Assembly (NCBI GenBank): GCA_025056955.1
Contig: JANWYL010000002.1
Coordinates: 291-34,527, forward strand
Reading direction: 5' to 3'
Length of the DNA: 34,237 nucleotides
From: Sandaracinaceae bacterium
GTDB taxonomy: Bacteria; Myxococcota_A; Polyangia; Polyangiales; Sandaracinaceae
Part shown: in pieces, positions 8,243 to 16,179 of the stretch
How the letters are laid out: every line of letters begins with the position of its first letter
Position numbering within the stretch: position 1 is the stretch's first letter
Position numbers and translations under genes: made by a program
The notes under the pieces: generated by a model
What the model was told of the DNA's origin: nothing
Database searches by the model: none
Seen by the model: only the letters and a program-made list of their open reading frames with translations

Positions 8243-8316
8243 GGTGACCGTAGCTCAGCCGGTAGAGCATCGGATTGTGGCTCCGAGTGTCGCGGGTTCG
8301 ATCCCCGTCGGTCACC
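8243..8316 (+). tRNA. tRNA-His (anticodon GTG) with encoded G-1
   Basis: GGTGACCGTAGCTCAGCCGGTAGAGCATCGGATTGTGGCTCCGAGTGTCGCGGGTTCGATCCCCGTCGGTCACC folds as a cloverleaf. The anticodon stem is TCGGA/TCCGA with loop TTGTGGC. The TPsiC arm is GGTTCGATCC. An extra 5' G pairs with the discriminator C. No CCA is encoded. Confidence 0.9.
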
Positions 8317-8326
8317 CTAGGTGGTA

Positions 8327-8354
8327 TTGACAGGTAGAAAAAAGCTTGTATAGT
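8327..8354 (+). promoter_or_regulatory. Near-consensus sigma-70-type promoter between tRNA-His and tRNA-Arg
   Basis: TTGACA (8327-8332), a 16-nt spacer, then TATAGT (8349-8354). The -10 element ends 9 nt before the first base of tRNA-Arg. Confidence 0.5.
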
Positions 8355-8363
8355 CCACTCGAA

Positions 8364-8437
<74 letters not shown>

Positions 8438-8456
8438 TTGGCCAAAAAGGCCAATT

Positions 8457-8529
8457 GGGTCATTAGCTCAATTGGTAGAGCAGCGGACTCTTAATCCGTT
8501 GGCTCTCGGTTCGAGTCCGAGATGACCCA
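8457..8529 (+). tRNA. tRNA-Lys (anticodon CTT)
   Basis: GGGTCATTAGCTCAATTGGTAGAGCAGCGGACTCTTAATCCGTTGGCTCTCGGTTCGAGTCCGAGATGACCCA. The acceptor stem is GGGTCAT/ATGACCC and the anticodon loop is CTCTTAA. Confidence 0.9.
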
Positions 8530-8533
8530 TTTT

Positions 8534-8586
8534 GTGTTTTGGTTTAATGTGCTTTGGCTTAATAATCTGCGTGGTCCCAATCTGCG
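8534..8586. repeat. Two short tandem/direct repeats just 3' of tRNA-Lys
   Basis: GTGTTTTGGTTTAAT (8534-8548) is followed directly by GTGCTTTGGCTTAAT (8549-8563), matching at 13 of 15 positions. AATCTGCG then occurs at 8564-8571 and again at 8579-8586. Confidence 0.6.
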
Positions 8587-8633
8587 GAATCAAAAAAGAC
8601 CAACTGACCAAAGCAAAGAAATGGCAAAGCGCC

Positions 8634-9485
8634 TTACTTTTCCTCAATGATTCGGGCCGATCGGATGTAATCAAGAAGCGGGAACTCGGCCCTAAGGTAG
8701 GCATTGCCCTCACGTTGAATCCGGGCTTGGCTTGGGCCTTTGCCGTTTGGTGCGCCTTCCCCGTAGCCTGCGTAGAGGCGATCGACAACTGCCATTGACT
8801 CGGGCGCCACCTGAGCAAAGGGCGCAAAGCCCATCTGATCCAGGCGAGAATTGTCGACAAAGTTAATGAAAAACTGGGTGGTGCGGCTATTGGGCCCTGC
8901 CGTGGCAAAACTCACCATCCCGCGCTTGTTGCTTTGAAGGACAGGATCATCTGGGATTGTGGCATGGCGCCATGCGGCATTGACCTTCGGATCCCCATGG
9001 ATCCCTGTTTGCGCCATAAAGCCCGAAATCACCCTAAAGAAGGCAACGTCGGTGTAGTAACCGGCTTTGACCAAAGAATAGAAGCGGTCGGCCCCATGAG
9101 GCGCCCACGCCCGATGCACCTCCATGCGGATTTCTCCTTTGGTCGTTTCCAAAACCACAGTGAAGTGTTCAGGAGCCCGCAGGGAGGCGCGAGCTGGATC
9201 GAGTAGAACCGAAGCAGGTGAATCGTGGCCAGAAGGCATGGATGCATGCTCCAGTGTGCTCGGTTTTGATGTTGATGATGTCCCGGATGCATGTGAGGAC
9301 TCATTTCCTTGGCTCGAGGAAGGCGCAGGATGAAAAGAGGGTTCTTCGTCTTTGCGGCAGGCGCTAAACCCCACCCCCATCGCCAAGGCAATGAGAAGGC
9401 GCATCCCCCAACGAAAGCAGGAACGCATTCGCTCTCTTCCTTCATTCGAGGATATTGGCTCTTTCCCACTCATGTGCTTGGGCAA
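8634..9485 (-). CDS. Cyclophilin-type peptidyl-prolyl cis-trans isomerase, probable lipoprotein
   Basis: The cyclophilin core is present (FTVVLETTKGEIRMEVHRAWAPHGADRFYSLVKAGYYTDVAFFRVISGFMAQTG, GMVSFATAGPNSRTTQFFINF). The N-terminus has the lipobox LAMGVGFSAC followed by a Ser-rich linker. The gene starts 6 nt after the stop of the upstream gene on the same strand. Confidence 0.9.
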   Translation of the reverse strand: MPKHMSGKEPISSNEGRERMRSCFRWGMRLLIALAMGVGFSACRKDEEPSFHPAPSSSQGNESSHASGTSSTSKPSTLEHASMPSGHDSPASVLLDPARASLRAPEHFTVVLETTKGEIRMEVHRAWAPHGADRFYSLVKAGYYTDVAFFRVISGFMAQTGIHGDPKVNAAWRHATIPDDPVLQSNKRGMVSFATAGPNSRTTQFFINFVDNSRLDQMGFAPFAQVAPESMAVVDRLYAGYGEGAPNGKGPSQARIQREGNAYLRAEFPLLDYIRSARIIEEK

Positions 9486-9491
9486 GCGCGA

Positions 9492-11438
9492 TTAGCGCCT
9501 TTTGCGGCGGAAAGCAAGAAGACAAAGAAGGCCAAAGCCCAGAAGCCAGGGCCGAGACCCAGCCCTTGCCCCCACCCGACAATCGCACCCAGAATCCTGA
9601 GTCATGGGTCGGGGACGTCCCGCATCACTTCCCCCATCTCCTCTGAATGTGCCCCCATCCCGCACCATTTGCGCATCCCTTTCGATCACCCCGCTGTCTC
9701 CCTCCGAGGCATCCGGGCTTTGATACGCATCGGGTGAAAAGGCATCAGGCGCTTCAAAAGCATCCACCCCACCATCCACAACCATAAACGCATCCGGACG
9801 CCAAACATCCACCCCACCATCCACAACCATAAACGCATCCGGACGCCAAGCATCAGGAAGCGAAAAGGCATCTCCTCCCGCATCGGTTGCGCTGGCATCT
9901 GCAATCGAAACAATCCCCCCGTCCCTTCCGCTTCCACCATCGCAGGCAGGTGTACCGACGCAACGACCCATGGCGTTGCAGCGGTCGTTGATCGTGCAGG
10001 CATCGCCATCGTCACAAGGAGTTCCCTCAACAACAACCACACACATCCAACGCTCGCAGCGCTGGCAAGGGCCACAGGTCCCAGCCATGGGCCCACAATC
10101 TTCGAATGTTAGTTCAAAATCGACCATGCAATTATCCGTATCGCTGGTCACAGGGTTTCGAACAGCGATGACATTGGCAGGGAGCGCCGAGCGCGGCACC
10201 ACCCCTGCGTACGTCGCCGTCCCATAGGTGACAACGTCGATGATGGTCCGCTTCCAGCCGAGCACAAAGATCTCGTCACTGTCGTTTGCCAGAGCAAAGG
10301 AGCCAGAGGGAGACCACACGCTGAGGCGCACGAGATCTGGAGGACCTCCTGCACCCATGACCTCGAAATTGGGTGATACCCCGTACGAGTTCATGAAAGC
10401 GCTCGAACCTTGAAGGGCAATCACAGCGGTGGAACCAGAGGCGAGGGTGGAACCAGCCGGGAAAGTGCCCATGAACTCGGCTGTTTGATCAACCGTTTCT
10501 TCATCGCCTATCGCGAAAAGCGAAAGATCGAGTGAGAAAGGTGTGTTGTTGCGCACCTCCACCCATTCGCTTGCTGGACTTGGTGCATTTGACATAAAGC
10601 GCGAAACCACAAGGGGCGAATAGGGCTCACGTGTCGTGCGATCGAGCCAAAGCTCAAGGGAGTGGTTGACCCTCCCATCCATGACCTCTTCCCAGGTATT
10701 GGGCTGAGTCCCAAGGGGCCCCCTCGGATCGCCATAATCGCTGATCACATCGAGCGCATCGGAAGCATCTGGAATTTCGGCAGTGTCACCAGCGCTGTTT
10801 TCTCGAAAAATTGCAACTGTCATGCGCATGGCATTCGGGTTGCGGAACTCCGCTGGAAAGCGCTCCCAGGGAACGGCGATTTCCACTTCATTGCCCATCG
10901 CATTGGCGGCCATCATCCCCGTGCCAATATCAGCGTAGCTTCGGTTGCGGATCCGAACCGAGCCTCCGCTCAAGCCCCCTCTCGTCTGGATCAAAAATTC
11001 CCACGCTGCGCTGTCTTCGACTTCGGTTTCAGCAAAGCCTGCAAGGTGGAGGTTACCGTTTCCGTCCATCCGATCAAAATCGAGAGCAATCTGGATTTGG
11101 ACTGGAGGAGATGTACCGCCTCCAAAAGCCAAGCGAAAATAAAGCGCCCTCGGATCAGCAGTCACAGCAAAAAGGTGAAGGTCTGCATCGAGCTCTGGAT
11201 TCATCAAATCCGTTCGGGCATCTCCGCGGGCGTCAACCCAAATGAGCTCTCCCCCTCCGCTTGAATTCTTTGCAAGAATTCCGAGATTTTGGCCGTTTGG
11301 TTGCCGGCTTGGCCCAAACCAATCGTCAAAACGACCGTCGATCGTTACAGGGTGAGCCAACGCACTCAAGGGCAAGAAAGCAATCTCTAAAGCAAACCCA
11401 ACCAAAAAGGGCAAAAACAAAGCACTGCCTTTTCTCAT
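9492..11438 (-). CDS. Secreted surface protein with a lamin-tail-like domain, Cys-rich repeat and MYXO-CTERM-type sorting tail
   Basis: The signal peptide MRKGSALFLPFLVGFALEIAFLPLSALA begins at the ATG at 11438, with GGAGG 5 nt upstream; the longer track start at 11498 is less likely. An LTD-like block reads SEWVEVRNNTPFSLDLSLFAIGDEE. A Cys-rich block reads CGPCQRCERWMCVVVVEGTPCDDGDACTINDRCNAMGRCVGTPAC. The C-terminus is GCDCRVGARAGSRPWLLGFGLLCLLAFRRKRR. Confidence 0.8.
   Translation of the reverse strand: MRKGSALFLPFLVGFALEIAFLPLSALAHPVTIDGRFDDWFGPSRQPNGQNLGILAKNSSGGGELIWVDARGDARTDLMNPELDADLHLFAVTADPRALYFRLAFGGGTSPPVQIQIALDFDRMDGNGNLHLAGFAETEVEDSAAWEFLIQTRGGLSGGSVRIRNRSYADIGTGMMAANAMGNEVEIAVPWERFPAEFRNPNAMRMTVAIFRENSAGDTAEIPDASDALDVISDYGDPRGPLGTQPNTWEEVMDGRVNHSLELWLDRTTREPYSPLVVSRFMSNAPSPASEWVEVRNNTPFSLDLSLFAIGDEETVDQTAEFMGTFPAGSTLASGSTAVIALQGSSAFMNSYGVSPNFEVMGAGGPPDLVRLSVWSPSGSFALANDSDEIFVLGWKRTIIDVVTYGTATYAGVVPRSALPANVIAVRNPVTSDTDNCMVDFELTFEDCGPMAGTCGPCQRCERWMCVVVVEGTPCDDGDACTINDRCNAMGRCVGTPACDGGSGRDGGIVSIADASATDAGGDAFSLPDAWRPDAFMVVDGGVDVWRPDAFMVVDGGVDAFEAPDAFSPDAYQSPDASEGDSGVIERDAQMVRDGGTFRGDGGSDAGRPRPMTQDSGCDCRVGARAGSRPWLLGFGLLCLLAFRRKRR
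9761..9850. repeat. Near-perfect 2 x 45-bp in-frame tandem duplication inside the MYXO-CTERM protein gene
   Basis: Unit 9761-9805 (catccaccccaccatccacaaccataaacgcatccggacgccaaa) is repeated at 9806-9850 with 44 of 45 identities. It encodes (V/A)WRPDAFMVVDGGVD twice, within a PDA(F/W/Y/S)-rich linker. Confidence 0.9.
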
Positions 11439-11578
11439 GAGGGCCTCCATTTTGGTGGCACGATTATCTCTCTGCCTCCCCAACCTGAAAAGAACCATGC
11501 GATTGCTTGTGATTTTACATCGCCCTCGCTGAAAAAAGAGGATTTGCCCAATAAGAAAAAAGCTGGTAGCTCTTTTTT

Positions 11579-12307
11579 ATGGGCCTTTTTGATTTCACAC
11601 AGGAATGCCTGGATGCCGCCCAGGGCAAGCTCCCTTTTCAAAGTCCAGGCGGAAAGCGCTCCCATCGACCAAAGCGCCTTCAGGTGTTTAAAAACCAGTT
11701 TCTCGAAAAATACTTCGCCCAGGCCCATCCGATCACCCCCGGTCTTTGGTTTGGTGGCTTTGTGATCTACGGGGTTTATAGGGGCTTTCGCGATTTTGGC
11801 TGGTGGGCAATTCCGCTTTTCTTGTTTGGGGCGTTGATCACGACGCTCATCGAATACCTCGTCCACCGCTTCCTTTTCCACATGGAAGCCAAGACGGAAA
11901 AAGAAAGGCTTCGCCTCTTTCTCCTCCACGGCTACCACCACGAATTTCCAAACGATCCCATGCGTCTCGTCCTTCCCCCAATTGGGATTTGGCCGCTCGC
12001 ACTCGTTGTGGGGCTTCTCTGGAGTTGGATCTTTGGGCCCTACTTTTGGCCGGTCTTTGGAGGCACAGCCGCAGGCTATATCGCTTACGACTGGATTCAC
12101 TACTACACCCATCACTTCAACCCAAAGCGAGGCTTGGGCCGCTGGCTCAAGCGCTACCACATGCTCCACCACTTCGATTCGCCAAACCACCGCTTTGGCA
12201 TCACCTCCCCCCTCTGGGATCTCGTCTTTGGTACCTACCTTCCTTTGAACAAAATGGTCCGCGAAGCCCACTCCCATCACGAAAGCGAGGGTGAAAAGCA
12301 GCTCTGA
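11579..12307 (+). CDS. Fatty acid hydroxylase / sterol desaturase superfamily membrane di-iron enzyme
   Basis: Histidine boxes are present: HRFLFH, HGYHHEFP, HYYTHH and HMLHHF. They are spaced between hydrophobic segments. Confidence 0.8.
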   Translation: MGLFDFTQECLDAAQGKLPFQSPGGKRSHRPKRLQVFKNQFLEKYFAQAHPITPGLWFGGFVIYGVYRGFRDFGWWAIPLFLFGALITTLIEYLVHRFLFHMEAKTEKERLRLFLLHGYHHEFPNDPMRLVLPPIGIWPLALVVGLLWSWIFGPYFWPVFGGTAAGYIAYDWIHYYTHHFNPKRGLGRWLKRYHMLHHFDSPNHRFGITSPLWDLVFGTYLPLNKMVREAHSHHESEGEKQL

Positions 12308-12312
12308 GAGGC

Positions 12313-12843
12313 ATGGCCTACGTTCCACCAATCGGCTTACCCCTTGAAACCATTCGCGCAGAACTCAACCGCATTCGCTTTCCCCTTCGAATCGCTGTAA
12401 GGCGATCGAAAAACGCATTCAATATTGGCGCGATCATCCGCACGGCCCATTCCTTTCTCGTCAAAGAAATCTGGCTGATTGGATGCGAGCCTTGGTATGA
12501 GCGCGCGGCGATGGGGATGCACCGCTATGAAAACATCCGAGAGATTGAAAGCGAAGAGGCCTTTGTGGAAGTGGCGCGCAAGGCGCAATGGCACCTTTCG
12601 GTTTTTGAAAAAGACCACGCGCAAGTTGGGCTTTGGGACGCAGCCCTGCCCTACGAAACCTGCATCGTGATCGGCAACGAAGACGAAGGCGTGGGGCCTG
12701 TCTTGCTCGAAGCGGCAAGCGAAATCATCGCGATCCCCATGTACGGGATCAACCACAGCTATCCGATGACGGTGGCTGCTGGGATTGCCCTCGCCGAATG
12801 GGCCCGCCGCCACGCCAAAAAGGCGATGTGCGGATTGCCTTGA
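12313..12843 (+). CDS. TrmH/SpoU-family (SPOUT) RNA 2'-O-methyltransferase
   Basis: SPOUT motifs are present: NIGAIIRTAHSF, IVIGNEDEGV and IPMYGINHSYPMTVAAGIAL. GAGAGG lies upstream of the ATG. The gene starts 5 nt after the preceding gene. Confidence 0.8.
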   Translation: MAYVPPIGLPLETIRAELNRIRFPLRIAVRRSKNAFNIGAIIRTAHSFLVKEIWLIGCEPWYERAAMGMHRYENIREIESEEAFVEVARKAQWHLSVFEKDHAQVGLWDAALPYETCIVIGNEDEGVGPVLLEAASEIIAIPMYGINHSYPMTVAAGIALAEWARRHAKKAMCGLP

Positions 12844-12852
12844 AATCAGGCC

Positions 12853-15800
12853 CTATCGCTTTGGCCAATAGCGCTCGGCTTTGGTCGCACCTTCTGCCAC
12901 CTCCTCTGGGAGATAACGCATTGGAATCGTGCGATTGCCAAGCCAAAGAGCTGCCTGATCGGCAAAATGGGGATCACCCGGATACCCAGATTGCCCACCG
13001 GGGAGGATGTTTTGCCCCCTCACACCACTCCTCCCCAAGGCGATCACCATCCGAAAGACAGGGCCATTGCCATAAGTCCAGTCGTCGGTATCCAATCCAG
13101 GGTTGGGTGCATCGACATCAAACTGGTCACCTGGGCGGGGGAAATGAGGGAGTCGAGATCGCAGATCATCAGCACCCAAGTTGGGTGCGAGGGGAAGGAC
13201 CCGAGGGGTAATTTCAAACATCCGAAGGAGAAAATCAAGGGCTGGATTTGATCCTGCACCCAACGCACTTCCAACGAGCGAATCAAAGCGCACCATGTGG
13301 CGATAACCCCAACGCCATTCGTTCATGTCCTCTGTGCCAAATCCCCCCCGAAGCCTATCGTTTGGAGGTGAGCGCAAAAAAGCGAGGGCGCGGTCGAGCG
13401 CAACCAACGCCATCTCCCGGCTCGATTCGATCTCGGGTGTGCGGATATCGTCGTAAAACACGCTCTCTTTGGTTTCCGGATCGTAGCTCCCAAGGTTCAT
13501 CGGATTGCCTGGACCCCTCCCATCCTCAAGGAGTTTCATCGTTTGGGTGAGGTAGGTTTCAACCGAAACAGCAGGGGACATCGCCGGAGGAATCCCCTCA
13601 TCACCCAATACCGCTTCGATGTACTTCACAAACCAAGCATGGAAAATCGAAGTCGCCACACTGTCTTCGACATCACCTGGTCGGATGGGAGCGTAGAAGG
13701 TTTCAACCCCTGAGGGGGTGCGGTAGCCACGCTCACGCCAAGCAACCATTCGCCTTTCGATTTCGGCATAGGTTGTTCGCTCCCTCCGCCAGCGCTCGGC
13801 CATTCTCGCCAAGGCCCCACTCGATGGAGGGCCTGAAGCCGCTCGGCGGGCTTGCGCGATCGCATCGAGCAGCACAGGCACCCACTCGCGGCCAAGGCTC
13901 GAGCGGTGGTCGCCTTGGATGGACTGCATCTCTTCAACCGTCACCCGCCTTGCCGCAATCGCTTCCTCGAGGCGCTCCGCAATCCGAGCGCCTCGATAGC
14001 CCTCGACCCAAGGCCCGCCGATGTAGTAGGGATCGTTGAAGAGGTCATTATCGGTTGCAATGCCTGCGGGATCGTGATTCGCCATGACGAGGTATTGGCG
14101 AGAGGGGTTGAGCGACTGGGGCCAATCGTCAAAGGGAACAGCCCGCTCATGGGGTGCACCCATTTTTGCCCTCGCCTCATCCACCCTCCCCTCCCCGTCA
14201 AGCGGAATGCGCCATGCGCGGTAACGGCTCCCATCGATGATGCGCCTGGGATCAGCACCGGGAAGCCACCTGCGGGTGCTGGGATCCCGCGGAAGGTGTT
14301 CCCGCGTTGGAACGGCATGGTAAGCCGAATAAACAATCGATCCTTCGCGGTCAATGGCCATCATTGCCCCCCCGTAGGCGATAAAGTGGCGCATGGCCTG
14401 ACGGAATTCTTCAACGTTTTGGGCAAATTGGAATTTGCGGAAAGCCCGAAGCAAGGTGCCCCCATCAAATGGCCCATAGTAAAAACTCAAGGCACTCACC
14501 CGCCCATCACCATCCATGTCACGCGGGATCACCCACCCCGAGAGGGTGCGCACCTTGGACTGCCCTCGAGGAGGTGCAGCGTCAGAAGCCACTGCCTCAC
14601 CCTCGAATTCAACGATCCATCTGCCATCCCAGGTTACAAAGCGCAGGAATCGCTCAGTGCGACCAACTGATCCGAGGGCTGGCACATTTGCAACCACAAC
14701 CTCTTCTTCAACCCTCTGGAGAGCTTGCATGGCACCCTCCCAGCGGGTGGCAATTGGAAGCCCCCCACCGTCAAGGATGATCTCATCGGCATACCAATCG
14801 ACCACGTCTGGATAGAAGGCGGTTTGCGTCCATGCAATCGCACCATTCGTCCCCACACCCATGGCGGGCAATCCCGCAATCGTTGCGCCAAGGAGGCGCG
14901 TTGATTCACGAGTTCCCCCCAAAAAAACCGTGTCGATTCCAAATTGCCAAAAAAGCGGAGGGACGCTTAATTGGAGGTGACCATCCCCAGCAAGAATCGC
15001 ACTCCCATCAGAGGTTGCCGAACCCATGACCGCCCACCCGTTTGATCCCCTCTCTCCCCTCCGGCCCCACCTTTCTTCCCATCCTTTGAGCACCAAAGAA
15101 ACCCTCTCGAGCATCCCCTTCTCCACCCTGGCGCCTCGAAGCGCCATCCAACCCATTTGACCGAGAGGCTTTGGAAGGTGGGGCACGGTTGGTTGCAGGG
15201 GATCTCCTTCTCCACCCCTTCCACCACCTTCAAGGCCCCAGCCAGCCGTTGTGCTCACTCGTTTTGGTGGGGCATAGTGCTCAACGATATCCCGTTCAAG
15301 GCCCAAAAGACGCAGCTCCCGCTTGGGTGTACCTGGAGGGAATATCGCCTCTCCCTCACGAAAGCCGCGGCTGCGCTCGACGTCGCTGCGATCGAAGCTC
15401 GTGCCATAGAGGACACTGACCCCTGTGGCGATTGCGTCTTTGCGGGTCCACGGCGCCATGAGATCCGCTGGCCTTCGTGCCCCGAGAAAAGCGGCACCAA
15501 GCTCAAGCTCTCGCGGCGCTCGGAGCCGACCAGCCCTCACTTCTTCGATGTATGCGTTGATTCCAGCGACAAAGGCATCGATTTCGGCAGCCTCCTCTGC
15601 ATTTAGGCCCTCGAAAAAGCGCTCCGCCATCCATCGCATTCCGAGGAGGCGGCTTTCGGCATCGACATTGAGGGCGCGATCGCCGATGAGCTCGCTGATG
15701 CGGCCAAGGGCAAGCCTTCGCGTCATGTCCATCTGAAAGAAGCGGTCCCGAGCCATTGCGAAGCCCAAAAGGCACATCGCATCGAGGCGGCTTTGGGCAT

Positions 15801-16101
15801 AGATGTGAGGGACGTTCATCTCGGTTCGAACGATGAAGGCAGGGGCTTCAAGGCACTCGATTTCAAAGCGTTCTCTGCTCTCCAAGCGATCGAAAGGAGG
15901 AGGTAAGGGAGGATCGGGAGGGCGGGCATCCCCGCCCCCATCTAGCGCCCCATCTTCGGAGCTTGGTCCTCCGTCGGCCTCGCCCCCTTTTGGCGTTGAG
16001 CAAGCGTGAAGCACAAAAGCCAAAAGGGCACTCCCAATCACCCACTCCCGCCAACTGCCACTGGCCAAAGCTTTAACGCACACCCTTGCATTGTAAAGCA
16101 T
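12853..16101 (-). CDS. Penicillin-acylase-family Ntn hydrolase (possible acyl-homoserine-lactone or lipopeptide acylase), probable lipoprotein
   Basis: The alpha-subunit block reads NVPHIYAQSRLDAMCLLGFAMARDRFFQMDMTRRLALGRISELIG. The predicted autoprocessing site is G-SNGWAVMGSATSDGSAILAGDGHL. The preferred start is the ATG at 16101 (MLYNARV...WVIGSALLAFVLHAC lipobox). The track start at 16311 would overlap the divergent gene. Confidence 0.85.
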   Translation of the reverse strand: MLYNARVCVKALASGSWREWVIGSALLAFVLHACSTPKGGEADGGPSSEDGALDGGGDARPPDPPLPPPFDRLESRERFEIECLEAPAFIVRTEMNVPHIYAQSRLDAMCLLGFAMARDRFFQMDMTRRLALGRISELIGDRALNVDAESRLLGMRWMAERFFEGLNAEEAAEIDAFVAGINAYIEEVRAGRLRAPRELELGAAFLGARRPADLMAPWTRKDAIATGVSVLYGTSFDRSDVERSRGFREGEAIFPPGTPKRELRLLGLERDIVEHYAPPKRVSTTAGWGLEGGGRGGEGDPLQPTVPHLPKPLGQMGWMALRGARVEKGMLERVSLVLKGWEERWGRRGERGSNGWAVMGSATSDGSAILAGDGHLQLSVPPLFWQFGIDTVFLGGTRESTRLLGATIAGLPAMGVGTNGAIAWTQTAFYPDVVDWYADEIILDGGGLPIATRWEGAMQALQRVEEEVVVANVPALGSVGRTERFLRFVTWDGRWIVEFEGEAVASDAAPPRGQSKVRTLSGWVIPRDMDGDGRVSALSFYYGPFDGGTLLRAFRKFQFAQNVEEFRQAMRHFIAYGGAMMAIDREGSIVYSAYHAVPTREHLPRDPSTRRWLPGADPRRIIDGSRYRAWRIPLDGEGRVDEARAKMGAPHERAVPFDDWPQSLNPSRQYLVMANHDPAGIATDNDLFNDPYYIGGPWVEGYRGARIAERLEEAIAARRVTVEEMQSIQGDHRSSLGREWVPVLLDAIAQARRAASGPPSSGALARMAERWRRERTTYAEIERRMVAWRERGYRTPSGVETFYAPIRPGDVEDSVATSIFHAWFVKYIEAVLGDEGIPPAMSPAVSVETYLTQTMKLLEDGRGPGNPMNLGSYDPETKESVFYDDIRTPEIESSREMALVALDRALAFLRSPPNDRLRGGFGTEDMNEWRWGYRHMVRFDSLVGSALGAGSNPALDFLLRMFEITPRVLPLAPNLGADDLRSRLPHFPRPGDQFDVDAPNPGLDTDDWTYGNGPVFRMVIALGRSGVRGQNILPGGQSGYPGDPHFADQAALWLGNRTIPMRYLPEEVAEGATKAERYWPKR

Positions 16102-16179
16102 TTTTTGGCCAAGTTCCCTAAGAAAAGTCGATTCCGTCGAGGGTTGGACTTCATAAAGGCATGGTGAAAAAATGAGGCT

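Noticed and set aside
11435-12331. 298-aa minus-strand ORF covering the whole fatty-acid hydroxylase gene.
   Set aside because: The plus-strand frame carries four canonical His boxes and hydrophobic helices. The antisense frame has no recognisable features, so it is treated as a shadow ORF. Full-length antisense openness is noted but is not evidence of coding.
12337-12813. 158-aa minus-strand ORF antisense to the TrmH-type gene.
   Set aside because: The plus frame has clear SPOUT motifs. The antisense product has no recognisable features.
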